The position numbers were made by a program, and so were the translations under genes. Below are positions 1 to 8,755 of a stretch of 34,601 nucleotides of DNA, piece by piece (positions within the stretch are counted from its first letter, which is position 1; the number at the start of each line of letters is the position of its first letter). The DNA comes from a virus (lineage: Duplodnaviria; Caudoviricetes), in IMG/VR virus record IMGVR_UViG_3300032330_001377, positions 1 through 34,601 of that record. One strand, 5' to 3'. A model generated the notes under the pieces. That model searched no databases, had not been told where the DNA came from, and saw nothing but the letters and a program-made list of their open reading frames with translations.

Positions 1-37
1 GTTTTTCACACCTGTCGGAATTTCAGGCTTTTCGGGG

Positions 38-52
38 TAGGATGGGGTTATG
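38..52 (+). promoter_or_regulatory. -10 element (TAGGAT) 6 nt upstream of terS ATG; probable leaderless transcript
   Basis: GG-TAGGAT-GGGGTT-ATG with no SD; same 6-nt spacing at 11094-11108 and at whiB. Confidence 0.55.
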
Positions 53-499
53 GTCAATTACACGAAGCCAGCAGAGTTGAAAATCTTGCAGGGCAATCCG
101 GGGCAGCATAAGATTCGCACGAATGATGCGATTGCGCCTTTGGAGTATGGCTATGTTGAGCCGTTGCGCCCTTTGGGTGAGGTTGGTAAGCAGTTGTGGG
201 ATACGGTGTTTGGTGCTGGTGAGTTGTGGATTTCTATTAAGACTGATACTCAGTTGGTGCAGATGGTTTGTGAGCAACTTGACCGCCGTGAGTGGTTGAG
301 GCAACATATTGTTGACCATCCTGATGAGTGGCACATGGTGAAGCAGTTGAATGATACTGAGACGATGATTGTGAAGAATTTGTCGTTGCTTGGGTTTACT
401 CCGGCTGACCGGACAAGGCTTGGGTTGGTGTCGGCTAAGACTAAGAGCAAGTTGGAAGAGTTGTTGGCTAAAAAGGCTCAGAAGTCTAATGGCGAGTAG
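50..499 (+). CDS. terS: terminase small subunit (P27-like)
   Basis: KPAELKILQGNPG N-terminal motif and LGFTPADRTRL C-terminal motif; directly upstream of terL. Confidence 0.85.
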   Translation: MVNYTKPAELKILQGNPGQHKIRTNDAIAPLEYGYVEPLRPLGEVGKQLWDTVFGAGELWISIKTDTQLVQMVCEQLDRREWLRQHIVDHPDEWHMVKQLNDTETMIVKNLSLLGFTPADRTRLGLVSAKTKSKLEELLAKKAQKSNGE

Positions 500-2009
500 T
501 TGGCCTCCGGCTTATTTGACTCCTGTTTCTGATGAGCAGATTGCTCAGGGTGATGGGGAGTTTGCTGCTGAGTTTGCTGAGACTTTTGGTTCGATTGGTA
601 AGGATGGTATTGCTGGTCGGGCTGGTGAGGCTTTGCGGTTGCGTGATTGGCAGATTGAGTTGTTGAAGCGTCTTTATGCGCGTGATGCTGATGGTGGGTT
701 GGCTTTTCAGACGGCTTTGATTGGGATGCCGCGTAAGAATGGTAAGTCGGCGCTTTCTTCGGCTGCGATTGGTCTTTATTCGTTAATTGCTGAGGGCATT
801 AATGGTGGTGAGGTTATTGCTGTTGCTGCTGAAAAGGAACAGGCTCGTATTGTGTTTGGTGAGGCTAAGCGCATGGTCGAGTCGAGCGAGTTGGCTGATA
901 TGTGCCAGATTTGGAAAGATTCTATTTATGTGCCTAGCACTAATAGTGTTTTTAAGGTTGTTTCTGCTGAGGCTTATTCGAAAGAGGGTTTGAACCCTAG
1001 CCGTGTGATTATGGATGAACTTCATGCTCATAAGAATCGTGATTTGTATGATGTGTTTTCTTTGGCTATGGGAAACCGTGGCAAGATTGGGCAGTTGGTT
1101 GCGATTACTACTGCTGGTGTGAAGTCGGATAGCACAGGTCAGGATTCGATTGCTTACAAGTTGTATCAGTATGGCAAGCAGGTTGCTAGTGGTGAAATTG
1201 TTGACCCCGCATTTTTTATGGCTTGGTGGGAAGCGCCACAGGATGCTGACCATCGTGAGCCTAGTAGTTGGGCTATTGCTAATCCCGGCTTTGATGACAT
1301 TGTTTCGGCTGCTGACTTTGAGTCGGCTGTTAAGCGAACACCAGAAGCCGAATTTCGCACTAAACGCTTGAATCAATGGGTTTCGTCTCAGTTGTCTTGG
1401 TTGCCGAATGGCACTTGGGATTCGTGTGTTGGGGAAACTGAACTTGACCCTGATGCTCAATACATTCTTGGTTTTGACGGCTCGTTTAGTGGTGACTCAA
1501 CAGTTATCGTGGCTTGCTCTATTCCTATCAATGAGGATGATTTGCCTCACATTAGTTTGGTTAAGGCTTGGGAAAAGCCCGCTGATGCTGATGATTCTTG
1601 GCGTGTGAACATTCAGGATGCTGAAGATGCCATTGTTGATTTTTGTCGCCGTTATAAGGTGCGTGAGGTTGCTTGTGACCCTTTCCGTTGGCAGCGTTCG
1701 ATGGAAGTTATGGCTGACAAGGGTATTCCGATTGTTGAGTGGCCTAGCACTTCGGCTCGGCGTATGGTAACTGCGTGTGCCAAATTTTATGATGCTGTTG
1801 TTGAGAAACGCATTGTTCACGATGGCGACCCCTTGTTGGCTCGTCATTTATCAAATGCTGTTGTCAAAAATGACAATTTGGGTGTTCGTATCGTAAAAGA
1901 AAATCGTGCAAGTTCTCGGCGTATTGACGCTGCGGTTGCTGCTGTTCTCGCATACGATAGAGCAAGCGGTAGAATAGAAAAGGCAGTAGTGCCTCAGTTC
2001 TTTATTTAG
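489..2009 (+). CDS. terL: terminase large subunit
   Basis: Walker A (PRKNGKS), Walker B (VIMDELH), ITTAG motif, nuclease GFDGS and RIDAAVA; start moved to ATG 489, overlapping terS. Confidence 0.95.
   Translation: MASSWPPAYLTPVSDEQIAQGDGEFAAEFAETFGSIGKDGIAGRAGEALRLRDWQIELLKRLYARDADGGLAFQTALIGMPRKNGKSALSSAAIGLYSLIAEGINGGEVIAVAAEKEQARIVFGEAKRMVESSELADMCQIWKDSIYVPSTNSVFKVVSAEAYSKEGLNPSRVIMDELHAHKNRDLYDVFSLAMGNRGKIGQLVAITTAGVKSDSTGQDSIAYKLYQYGKQVASGEIVDPAFFMAWWEAPQDADHREPSSWAIANPGFDDIVSAADFESAVKRTPEAEFRTKRLNQWVSSQLSWLPNGTWDSCVGETELDPDAQYILGFDGSFSGDSTVIVACSIPINEDDLPHISLVKAWEKPADADDSWRVNIQDAEDAIVDFCRRYKVREVACDPFRWQRSMEVMADKGIPIVEWPSTSARRMVTACAKFYDAVVEKRIVHDGDPLLARHLSNAVVKNDNLGVRIVKENRASSRRIDAAVAAVLAYDRASGRIEKAVVPQFFI
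1965..1978 (+). promoter_or_regulatory. putative late promoter -10 region (AGCGGTAGAATAGA)
   Basis: Identical 14-mer at 9163-9176; both lie at gene ends upstream of structural gene blocks and contain TAGAAT. Confidence 0.5.
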
Positions 2010-2017
2010 GTGGCGTA

Positions 2018-2158
2018 GTGGTTGCGACAATTTTGCAAGCGGTTGGTATCGCTGTTGTGTCTTTCGGTGTTGGGCTTATCTTTGCCCCTGCTGGTGTGAT
2101 TGTTGCTGGCGCTGGTTTTGTTTTGTTTGGGCTGGCTATTGAGCGAGGTCGTAAGTAA
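2018..2158 (+). CDS. small two-TM membrane protein (46 aa, not in ORF track)
   Basis: GTG start, MVATILQAVGIAVVSFGVGLIFAPAGVIVAGAGFVLFGLAIERGRK; TAATG overlap with portal. Confidence 0.7.
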   Translation: MVATILQAVGIAVVSFGVGLIFAPAGVIVAGAGFVLFGLAIERGRK

Positions 2159-3483
2159 TGCTAGGTAATCTTTTTGAGAATCGCGCCATCAGTTTTCAAA
2201 CTGTTTGGGGTGCTGGTGTAGAAACCACTATTGAAAGCAATGCTGGTGTTGCTATCAATGCTAAGAACGCTTTTGAAATTGTCGCGTTCTTCTCGGCTGT
2301 AAGCCTTATCAGCGACACTATTTCTACTTTGCCTTGTGATTCATTTATTCGTGTGGCTGGTGAACGCCGACCTTACCGACCAAAGCCTATGTGGATTGAA
2401 CAGCCAGATGTTGATACTACTCGTCAGGCTCACTATGGTGCAGTTGTAGCAAGTCTTTTGGTTGCAGGTAACTCTTATACTCGCGTTTTCCGTGATACAA
2501 ATGGTGAAGTTGTAAACCTTGTTGTTCTTGACCCAATGACTGTTGAAGTTAAGCGTTCGGCTATTGGTCGTAAAGTTTTTGTTATCAAGGGCGAAAGCAA
2601 AACCCTTACTTCAGATGAGGTTATCCACCTGATTGATTTGGCTGAGCCGGGTTCGCTAGTTGGCATTAGTCGCGTAGCCAAACTCAAAGATGCTTTGGGT
2701 GTTGCTAGTGCATTGCAGTCATTTGCTGCTAAGTTCTTTGGTCAGGGTGCTACTACTCAGGGTGTTATTGAAGTTCCGGGTGAGATTTCGCCTGAACAGG
2801 CTAAGAATCTTCAGTCTGGTTTTGATAACCGTCATGGTGGTTGGCGTAATGCTCACAAAACAGGCATTTTGTCTGGTGGCGCTAAGTATATTTCAACTCA
2901 AGTAGATAACAACGCTTCACAGTTCTTGGAGTCACGCCGTTTTGCTGTCGAAGAAATGGCTCGTGCATTTAACATTCCATTGCACATGATGGGTATTCCT
3001 GATACCGCTTCTTACGCCAGCGTTGAACAGAACAACCTGCAATTTGTTTCGCACACACTACGCCCTATCTTGGAAAAGATTGAGTGGGGCTACTCACAGT
3101 TGCTACCAAACAACGCATTTATTAAGTTCAACTTCAATGCGCTTCTTCGTGGCGACCTACAAAGCCGCATGACTGCGTATTCTGTTGGTTCTCAGGCTGG
3201 TTTCATGTCTGTAAATGATGTTCGCCGACTAGAGGACTTGTCACCTGTAGAAAATGGCGACCAATACCGTGTGCCACTAGCCAACATTGCTCTAACTCAG
3301 ACAGGAATTGTTGAGGAAGAGAAAAAAGTCAAGATGGCTCAAGTTCTTGTTCAAGTTGGTTATGACCCAACTGAGGTTTTGGCTGCCCTTGAACTTCCAC
3401 CTATTACTCACAAGGGTGTTCCACCTACACAGTTGCAGAATGTTAACTTGATTAATCCTGCTGACCCTGAATCGGTTTACTAA
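2158..3483 (+). CDS. HK97-family portal protein
   Basis: GNSY, G.S.V..L, QFLESRRF..EE.ARAFNIP, SYASVEQ, LLRGD, MSVNDVRRLEDL.P motifs. Confidence 0.95.
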   Translation: MLGNLFENRAISFQTVWGAGVETTIESNAGVAINAKNAFEIVAFFSAVSLISDTISTLPCDSFIRVAGERRPYRPKPMWIEQPDVDTTRQAHYGAVVASLLVAGNSYTRVFRDTNGEVVNLVVLDPMTVEVKRSAIGRKVFVIKGESKTLTSDEVIHLIDLAEPGSLVGISRVAKLKDALGVASALQSFAAKFFGQGATTQGVIEVPGEISPEQAKNLQSGFDNRHGGWRNAHKTGILSGGAKYISTQVDNNASQFLESRRFAVEEMARAFNIPLHMMGIPDTASYASVEQNNLQFVSHTLRPILEKIEWGYSQLLPNNAFIKFNFNALLRGDLQSRMTAYSVGSQAGFMSVNDVRRLEDLSPVENGDQYRVPLANIALTQTGIVEEEKKVKMAQVLVQVGYDPTEVLAALELPPITHKGVPPTQLQNVNLINPADPESVY

Positions 3484-3743
3484 TGGCTATAACTTCAGGA
3501 CAAGTAATTGTCGGCACTACGCCAGTAGAACTAAGTTCTTCAAATGTTAGTGATTACCGTATTCATATTCACAATAATGATAATCAAGCAAATCTTTACC
3601 TTGGTGGCTCAGATGTGACTATCAATAATGGGCTTGTCTTGCAAAAACTTGATTCAACTGAAATAGCATTAAGTCCAAGTGATTCAATTTGGGCTGTTTC
3701 TTCATCTACAAATCATCTAGTCAGTTACCTTAAGGTTACATAA
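3483..3743 (+). CDS. hypothetical virion-associated protein (beta-rich)
   Basis: TAATG coupling on both sides; within head module. Confidence 0.65.
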   Translation: MAITSGQVIVGTTPVELSSSNVSDYRIHIHNNDNQANLYLGGSDVTINNGLVLQKLDSTEIALSPSDSIWAVSSSTNHLVSYLKVT

Positions 3744-5020
3744 TGCCGTATTACATTGAGAAAAATAATCCAGATTGCTCTGGTTGGGCTGTTACTGGTG
3801 GCGCTGGTGCTATTCACGGATGCCACAAAACTAAGAAAAGTGCTATTGCTCAAGCAATTGCTATTAGCCTTTCAACTGAAGAACCTTTCAAGGGTGAAAG
3901 AGCAGCCGTTGGCGAGTTGGGAATTGGCGATTATGTTTCTTGGGATGTTCTTAATCCAGAAATTTTGGCTGAGATTGTCATGGTTGAGGGTGAACTTGCT
4001 GTCGTAAATCTTTATGATTATGAAGATGGCGTATTCAAGCCAACTGAGGACATGATGATTATGAACATCTTTAAACTTGAGATTGTTCCACGCCCAGAAT
4101 TTGTTGTTGAAGATGTGCAGGATGTTCAAGACACTCCTGATACACCTATGCCAGTTGATGCACCTATGTCCACAAATACTCGTTGGACAAAAGCAGCACA
4201 GGTCTTGGTTGATAAACTAGAACCAAAGACTGAAAGTGAACCTATGACTAGCACAGCAACTCGTGATAAGTGGTCTGATGTGGCTTATCGCATCAAGAAC
4301 CGTCTTGAGGGTGGAGTTTCTGAGGGGCGTTCTGCTTCTCAGCCAGAGCAGCGTGTAAATTTTACAAACTTTGAGGTTCGTGAAACTCCTGCTGGTATGA
4401 ACTTTACTGGTTATGCTGCTGTATTTAATTCTGATTCTCAGCCGTTGCCTTTTATTGAGCGTATTGCCCCGGGTGCGTTTAAGCGTTCTTTGCAGTCGCG
4501 TAATGAAGTAAAATTGTTGTGGAATCACGATAGCAGTGAACCTTTGGCATCGCTTCGCGGTGGCACTCTGAAACTAACTGAAGATGCACATGGTCTAAAA
4601 GTTGAGGCTACTTTGGCTAATACTACTCGTGGGCGTGATGTTGCAGAACTTATCCGTTCAAAAGTTGTTGACTCTATGAGTTTTGGTTTTTCGGTTATTA
4701 AAGATTCGTGGTCTGAGGATGGTTCGGTTCGCACTTTGAACGCTGTAAGGCTTTTTGAGACATCAATTGTTAGTTCACCAGCCTATGAGGGAACTGCTGG
4801 CACTATTGCTGTTCGTTCAGTTGAGGGCGGTATTGATGCTGATGCTTTGGCTGATGCTTTGATGCGTTTAGAGTCTGGTGAAGAACTTGAGCCTATTCAT
4901 GCTTCTTTGATTAATGATGTTGTTGCAAAACTTACTAAAACTGACGAAGTTCAAGAAGTTGAGGGCGACATTTTGGCTTTGAAGAAAAAGAAACTTGACC
5001 TTTTGATAGCGGGTATGTGA
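3743..5020 (+). CDS. HK97-family prohead protease with long N-terminal extension
   Basis: FTGYAAVFN, ERIAPGAF, LLWNHD, MSFGF, LFETSIVSSPAY in the C-terminal half. Confidence 0.9.
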   Translation: MPYYIEKNNPDCSGWAVTGGAGAIHGCHKTKKSAIAQAIAISLSTEEPFKGERAAVGELGIGDYVSWDVLNPEILAEIVMVEGELAVVNLYDYEDGVFKPTEDMMIMNIFKLEIVPRPEFVVEDVQDVQDTPDTPMPVDAPMSTNTRWTKAAQVLVDKLEPKTESEPMTSTATRDKWSDVAYRIKNRLEGGVSEGRSASQPEQRVNFTNFEVRETPAGMNFTGYAAVFNSDSQPLPFIERIAPGAFKRSLQSRNEVKLLWNHDSSEPLASLRGGTLKLTEDAHGLKVEATLANTTRGRDVAELIRSKVVDSMSFGFSVIKDSWSEDGSVRTLNAVRLFETSIVSSPAYEGTAGTIAVRSVEGGIDADALADALMRLESGEELEPIHASLINDVVAKLTKTDEVQEVEGDILALKKKKLDLLIAGM

Positions 5021-5364
5021 TGGAAGAATATGACCTACTGAATGACCGTCAAAAGGCTCAAGCAAATGACATTGCTGAGTTGGCTGTTGAATTTGGCAAA
5101 TTTGACCAATCTTCAATGGCTGATGGCGCTCACTATGCACCAGCAGATGCTAACCCTTTTAAAGGCGAGGGTTTGATGTGTCAAAACTGTATTTTCTTTG
5201 ATGAAACTGCTAATGGTTGTCAGGTTGTTTCTGGCGTTATCGAGCCTGAAGCAATTTGTAAGTTGTGGGTTATTCCTCAAACTAGCCTTGTTGCTTCGCG
5301 TAGCCTAGAATTGAAGAAGATGAAACTTAATCTATTTGTGAAAGAGGCTAAAAATGCCAACTAA
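5017..5364 (+). CDS. HiPIP-like (4Fe-4S) domain protein
   Basis: HY...CQNCIFF...GCQVVSGVIEPEAICKLW follows the HiPIP pattern Y..CxxC..F..C..V.G.I....C..W. Confidence 0.65.
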   Translation: MMEEYDLLNDRQKAQANDIAELAVEFGKFDQSSMADGAHYAPADANPFKGEGLMCQNCIFFDETANGCQVVSGVIEPEAICKLWVIPQTSLVASRSLELKKMKLNLFVKEAKNAN

Positions 5365-5512
5365 AGAAGAACTTGAAATTGCAATCCGTGTAATCAATGA
5401 GGTTGCTGGCGAACCTGACTCTGGTTTTATTGCTGACTTGGTTCGTGAACTCAAAAAATCTTCAGCACCTGCCAAAGAAGTGCGCGTGACTGAAGCAAAA
5501 GAAACGAGATAA
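5354..5512 (+). CDS. hypothetical protein (52 aa, not in ORF track)
   Basis: SD GAGG then ATG; MPTKEELEIAIRVINEVAGEPDSGFIADLVRELKKSSAPAKEVRVTEAKETR; followed by terminator. Confidence 0.65.
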   Translation: MPTKEELEIAIRVINEVAGEPDSGFIADLVRELKKSSAPAKEVRVTEAKETR

Positions 5513-5528
5513 TTTTATCTCTCGTTTG

Positions 5529-5570
5529 CCCCACCGCCTTTACTCCCTTTCGGCGGTGGGGTTTTCTTTT
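5529..5570 (+). terminator. intrinsic terminator
   Basis: CCCCACCGCC / GGCGGTGGGG perfect 10-bp stem, 13-nt loop, then TTTTCTTTT. Confidence 0.85.
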
Positions 5571-5688
5571 ACAGGGTGTTCCACACTCTCAGTAAACTTA
5601 TATACAGGTTGAGCGTTAGCGCCACCGTTTCTGTTCTGTGTCATTCACGGCAGAGTTCCCTGTTTATCCTTACAAAGAAAGACTGATT

Positions 5689-6837
5689 ATGTCTGAATTT
5701 ATCAAGGGTCAGGCAGAAGTTCGCAACAACCTAGTTGCTCAGATGCGCGAAGTCATTGACATCGCAGAGTCAGAGAAGCGTGGACTAACTGCTGATGACC
5801 TACAAAAAATTGACCGCATTGAGGCTGACATTGAAGCCCGCGATGCTGCTATTGCAACTGCTGAAAAAGTAGCAAAGCGTTCGGCTGAGGCTGCTCTTGC
5901 TGGTGCTGCGTTCACTCCTGCTGAGCCAACTGCTGACGATGCAGACTTGCTTCGCTCGATTGCTCGTGGTGAAGTTCGCTCACACGAGTTTGCTCGTGAA
6001 ATGCGTGCTGCTCTAACCCCATCAAGCAACACCGTTCCAACCTCTTTCTACAACCGTGTGTTCCAGATTGCTGCGTTGGTTGGCCCTATGCTTCAGACTT
6101 CTGAGGTATTCAACACCGCTTCAGGTGAGTCACTAGTTATCCCAACCGTTACTGCTCTTTCAAGCGCAGGTTCAGTTGCTGCTGGTTCGGCTATTGCTGA
6201 AAGCAACCCTACTTTCTCAAGCATCACTCTTGGCGCTTACAAGTATGGTGCTTTGGTTTCAATCTCGAACGAACTTGTTGCTGATGCCGGATTCGACATC
6301 ACCTCATACATCGCTCAGGAACTTGGAACTTCTCTAGGTATTCAGACCAACACCGTTCTAACCAACTCACTAGTCGGCGCTGCTGGCTCAGTTGTTACTG
6401 GTGGAACTGGTGTCGCTGGTGCTGCAACCTACGAGAACCTTGTTGACCTTGTTTACGGTATCGCTGATGGCGCTCGTGTTCTTCCTGACCTCGGTTTCCA
6501 GATGTCAAAGACTGGTATCGCATCTGCTCGTAAACTAAAGGATGGCTCAGGCCGTTACATTTGGACTGACTCTGCAATGGCTGGACAGCCAGCACAGTTG
6601 CTTGGTTACAATGTTTACGAAAACCCTGCTGTTCCTGCTGTTGCTACTGGTGCTAAGTCTGTTCTATTCGGACACCTACCATCATTCAAGGTTCGTGTTG
6701 CTGGTGGCGTTCAGGTCGCACAGTCACAGGACTACGCGTTCAACACCGATGTGACCACTTACCGTGGTCTAATCCGTGTAGACGGTGGCCTAACTCACGC
6801 AACCCACATCGGTTACTTCAAGGGTGGCGCAAGTTAA
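5689..6837 (+). CDS. HK97-fold major capsid protein with N-terminal delta (scaffold) domain
   Basis: Coiled-coil N-terminus; LKDGSGRYIW, LLGY.V, IRVDG motifs; codon usage shifted toward C-ending codons as expected for a highly expressed gene; start set at ATG 5689. Confidence 0.95.
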   Translation: MSEFIKGQAEVRNNLVAQMREVIDIAESEKRGLTADDLQKIDRIEADIEARDAAIATAEKVAKRSAEAALAGAAFTPAEPTADDADLLRSIARGEVRSHEFAREMRAALTPSSNTVPTSFYNRVFQIAALVGPMLQTSEVFNTASGESLVIPTVTALSSAGSVAAGSAIAESNPTFSSITLGAYKYGALVSISNELVADAGFDITSYIAQELGTSLGIQTNTVLTNSLVGAAGSVVTGGTGVAGAATYENLVDLVYGIADGARVLPDLGFQMSKTGIASARKLKDGSGRYIWTDSAMAGQPAQLLGYNVYENPAVPAVATGAKSVLFGHLPSFKVRVAGGVQVAQSQDYAFNTDVTTYRGLIRVDGGLTHATHIGYFKGGAS

Positions 6838-6858
6838 TCCTTAGCCGATAATTAGGCT

Positions 6859-6898
6859 GAACACCCCTCGTATGCGTAGATGCGGGGGGTGTTCTTTT
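6859..6898 (+). terminator. intrinsic terminator after capsid gene
   Basis: GAACACCCCTCGTA / TGCGGGGGGTGTTC stem then TTTT. Confidence 0.85.
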
Positions 6899-6932
6899 AC
6901 TATGATTGTTATACCTACTACGAAAGGCACAA

Positions 6933-8111
6933 ATGCTAAAGGGAACTGTTACTTGGTTCAGTAATTCACCCACCGCACCGACTGGTTATGGTGTGCAATC
7001 AAATCAAGTTTTAACTCGTATGGTTCGTGATGGTTTGGATGTTGCTATCCAGTCAAATTATGGGCGCGAGGGTGTTAATGGTTTTTGGGATTCTGGCTTT
7101 GGGCTTGTTCCTGAATATGCTCGTGGTGCGGATGCTTATTCGCAAGATGTGACTGCTATTAATCATCAGCATCACAAGGCTAAGATTTTGAAAGAAAAGG
7201 GTAAGCAGTCTGATTTGCTTATTACTTTGTATGATGTTTGGATTTTGAAGAAAGACAAATACAAAGACATTCCTGTTGCGTCTTGGACTCCAGTTGACCA
7301 TACTCCTATTCCGCCTTTAGTTGCTGATTGGTTGGCTAATCCTAATGTGACTCCTATTGCTATGAGTAAGTGGGGTCAGCAGCAGATTGAGGCTTCTGGT
7401 ATTGAGTCTTTGTATATTCCTCACGCTATTGATAATGTTTTTAAGCCAACTGCCACTATTGAGGGTCTTGATGCTCGTAAATTTATGGGTATTCGTGATG
7501 ACCAGTTTGTTGTTGGTATGAATTTTGCTAATAAGTCATCTGGTGCTATTCACCGTAAGGCTGTTGCTGAGGCTTTTTTAGCATTTGGTATTTTTGTGAA
7601 GAAACATCCTGATGCTTTGTTGTATTTGCACACTGATATGTTTGGTGCTTTTGGTTGGCGTTTGGCTGATTTGCTAACTTCTTGTGGCGTTCCGGCTGAA
7701 AATGTTTTGTTTTGTGACCAATTGCAATATCGTCATGGCTATCCACAAGAGGTTTTGGCTGCTCTTTATACGGCTATGGATGTTTACTTGGGTGTTTCTT
7801 ATGGTGAGGGTTTTGGGGTTGGAACGATTGAGGCTCAGGCTTGTGGTGTGCCTGTGATTGTGTCTGATATTTGTGCTTCTTCTGAACTTGTTGGCGATGG
7901 TTGGGCTGTTGAGTGTCAACCGATGTGGGATGATGCTCAAAAATCTTGGTTTAGTATTCCTAACATTCCTCAGATTGTTGAGGCTTTGATGCAAGCGTAT
8001 GAGCGTGGGCAGGGTGAATCTATTAAGGCGTTGGAGTTTGCTGAGGGTTATCGTGCTGAAAAGGTTTGGCAGGAGTTTTGGACTCCGGCTTTGAAGAAGT
8101 TGCTAAAGTGA
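6933..8111 (+). CDS. GT-B fold glycosyltransferase (GT4-like)
   Basis: PTGYG N-terminal motif; EGFGVGTIEAQACGVPVI (E-x7-E) motif; SD GAAAGG before ATG 6933. Confidence 0.9.
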   Translation: MLKGTVTWFSNSPTAPTGYGVQSNQVLTRMVRDGLDVAIQSNYGREGVNGFWDSGFGLVPEYARGADAYSQDVTAINHQHHKAKILKEKGKQSDLLITLYDVWILKKDKYKDIPVASWTPVDHTPIPPLVADWLANPNVTPIAMSKWGQQQIEASGIESLYIPHAIDNVFKPTATIEGLDARKFMGIRDDQFVVGMNFANKSSGAIHRKAVAEAFLAFGIFVKKHPDALLYLHTDMFGAFGWRLADLLTSCGVPAENVLFCDQLQYRHGYPQEVLAALYTAMDVYLGVSYGEGFGVGTIEAQACGVPVIVSDICASSELVGDGWAVECQPMWDDAQKSWFSIPNIPQIVEALMQAYERGQGESIKALEFAEGYRAEKVWQEFWTPALKKLLK

Positions 8112-8755
8112 TTCCTGTTCTCGGATTTGCGACATTAAAGAGGTTTGACCTTGCACAGCGTTTATTGGACTCTATTGATTATCCTGTCGAACATCTTGTC
8201 ATTGTTGATAATTCGGGAACTGCAACATGGAATCCTGAAAAACCCGATTTTGTGGTTAATATGTGGATTATCCGTGTGCCTTACGGCTTGGGGCTTGTTG
8301 GTGCTTGGAATCTGATTATCAAATCAACACCTTACGCGCCGTATTGGTTGTTGGTAAATGATGATTGCTGGTTTGCCCCTAAAACGCTTTCTAAGGCTGC
8401 TGAGAGCATTTTGACGGATGCTGTGAACTTCTTTGACTGTGTGCCTCATTGGTCGGCTGTGGCTTTTGGTGAGGGCTGTGTTGATAAGGTTGGGTTATAT
8501 GATGAGCGATTTTATCCTCTTTATTTTGACGATAATGATTTGGAACGCCGTATTGATTATCACGGTATTCAAAAGAACTTCATTGATGCGAAAATACATC
8601 ACGATAATAGTTCTACGCTTAATAGTGGTTTTCAGGCTGAAAATTCTCGCACCTTTTCGGCAAATCACCGACTTTATGAGGCGAAAGTGGCACAAGAAGA
8701 TTATTCAGAGGGCGCTTGGTCGCTCAAAGTCCGTAGGGATAACCGATGGGATTGA
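8108..8755 (+). CDS. GT-A fold glycosyltransferase (GT2-like)
   Basis: VIVDNS, AWN, LVNDDC, VGLYDERFYPLYFDDNDL motifs; GTGA overlap. Confidence 0.85.
   Translation: MIPVLGFATLKRFDLAQRLLDSIDYPVEHLVIVDNSGTATWNPEKPDFVVNMWIIRVPYGLGLVGAWNLIIKSTPYAPYWLLVNDDCWFAPKTLSKAAESILTDAVNFFDCVPHWSAVAFGEGCVDKVGLYDERFYPLYFDDNDLERRIDYHGIQKNFIDAKIHHDNSSTLNSGFQAENSRTFSANHRLYEAKVAQEDYSEGAWSLKVRRDNRWD

Noticed and set aside
5638-5688. N-terminal extension of the capsid protein from GTG 5638
   Set aside because: No SD and it lies inside a structured leader; ATG 5689 is the more plausible start.
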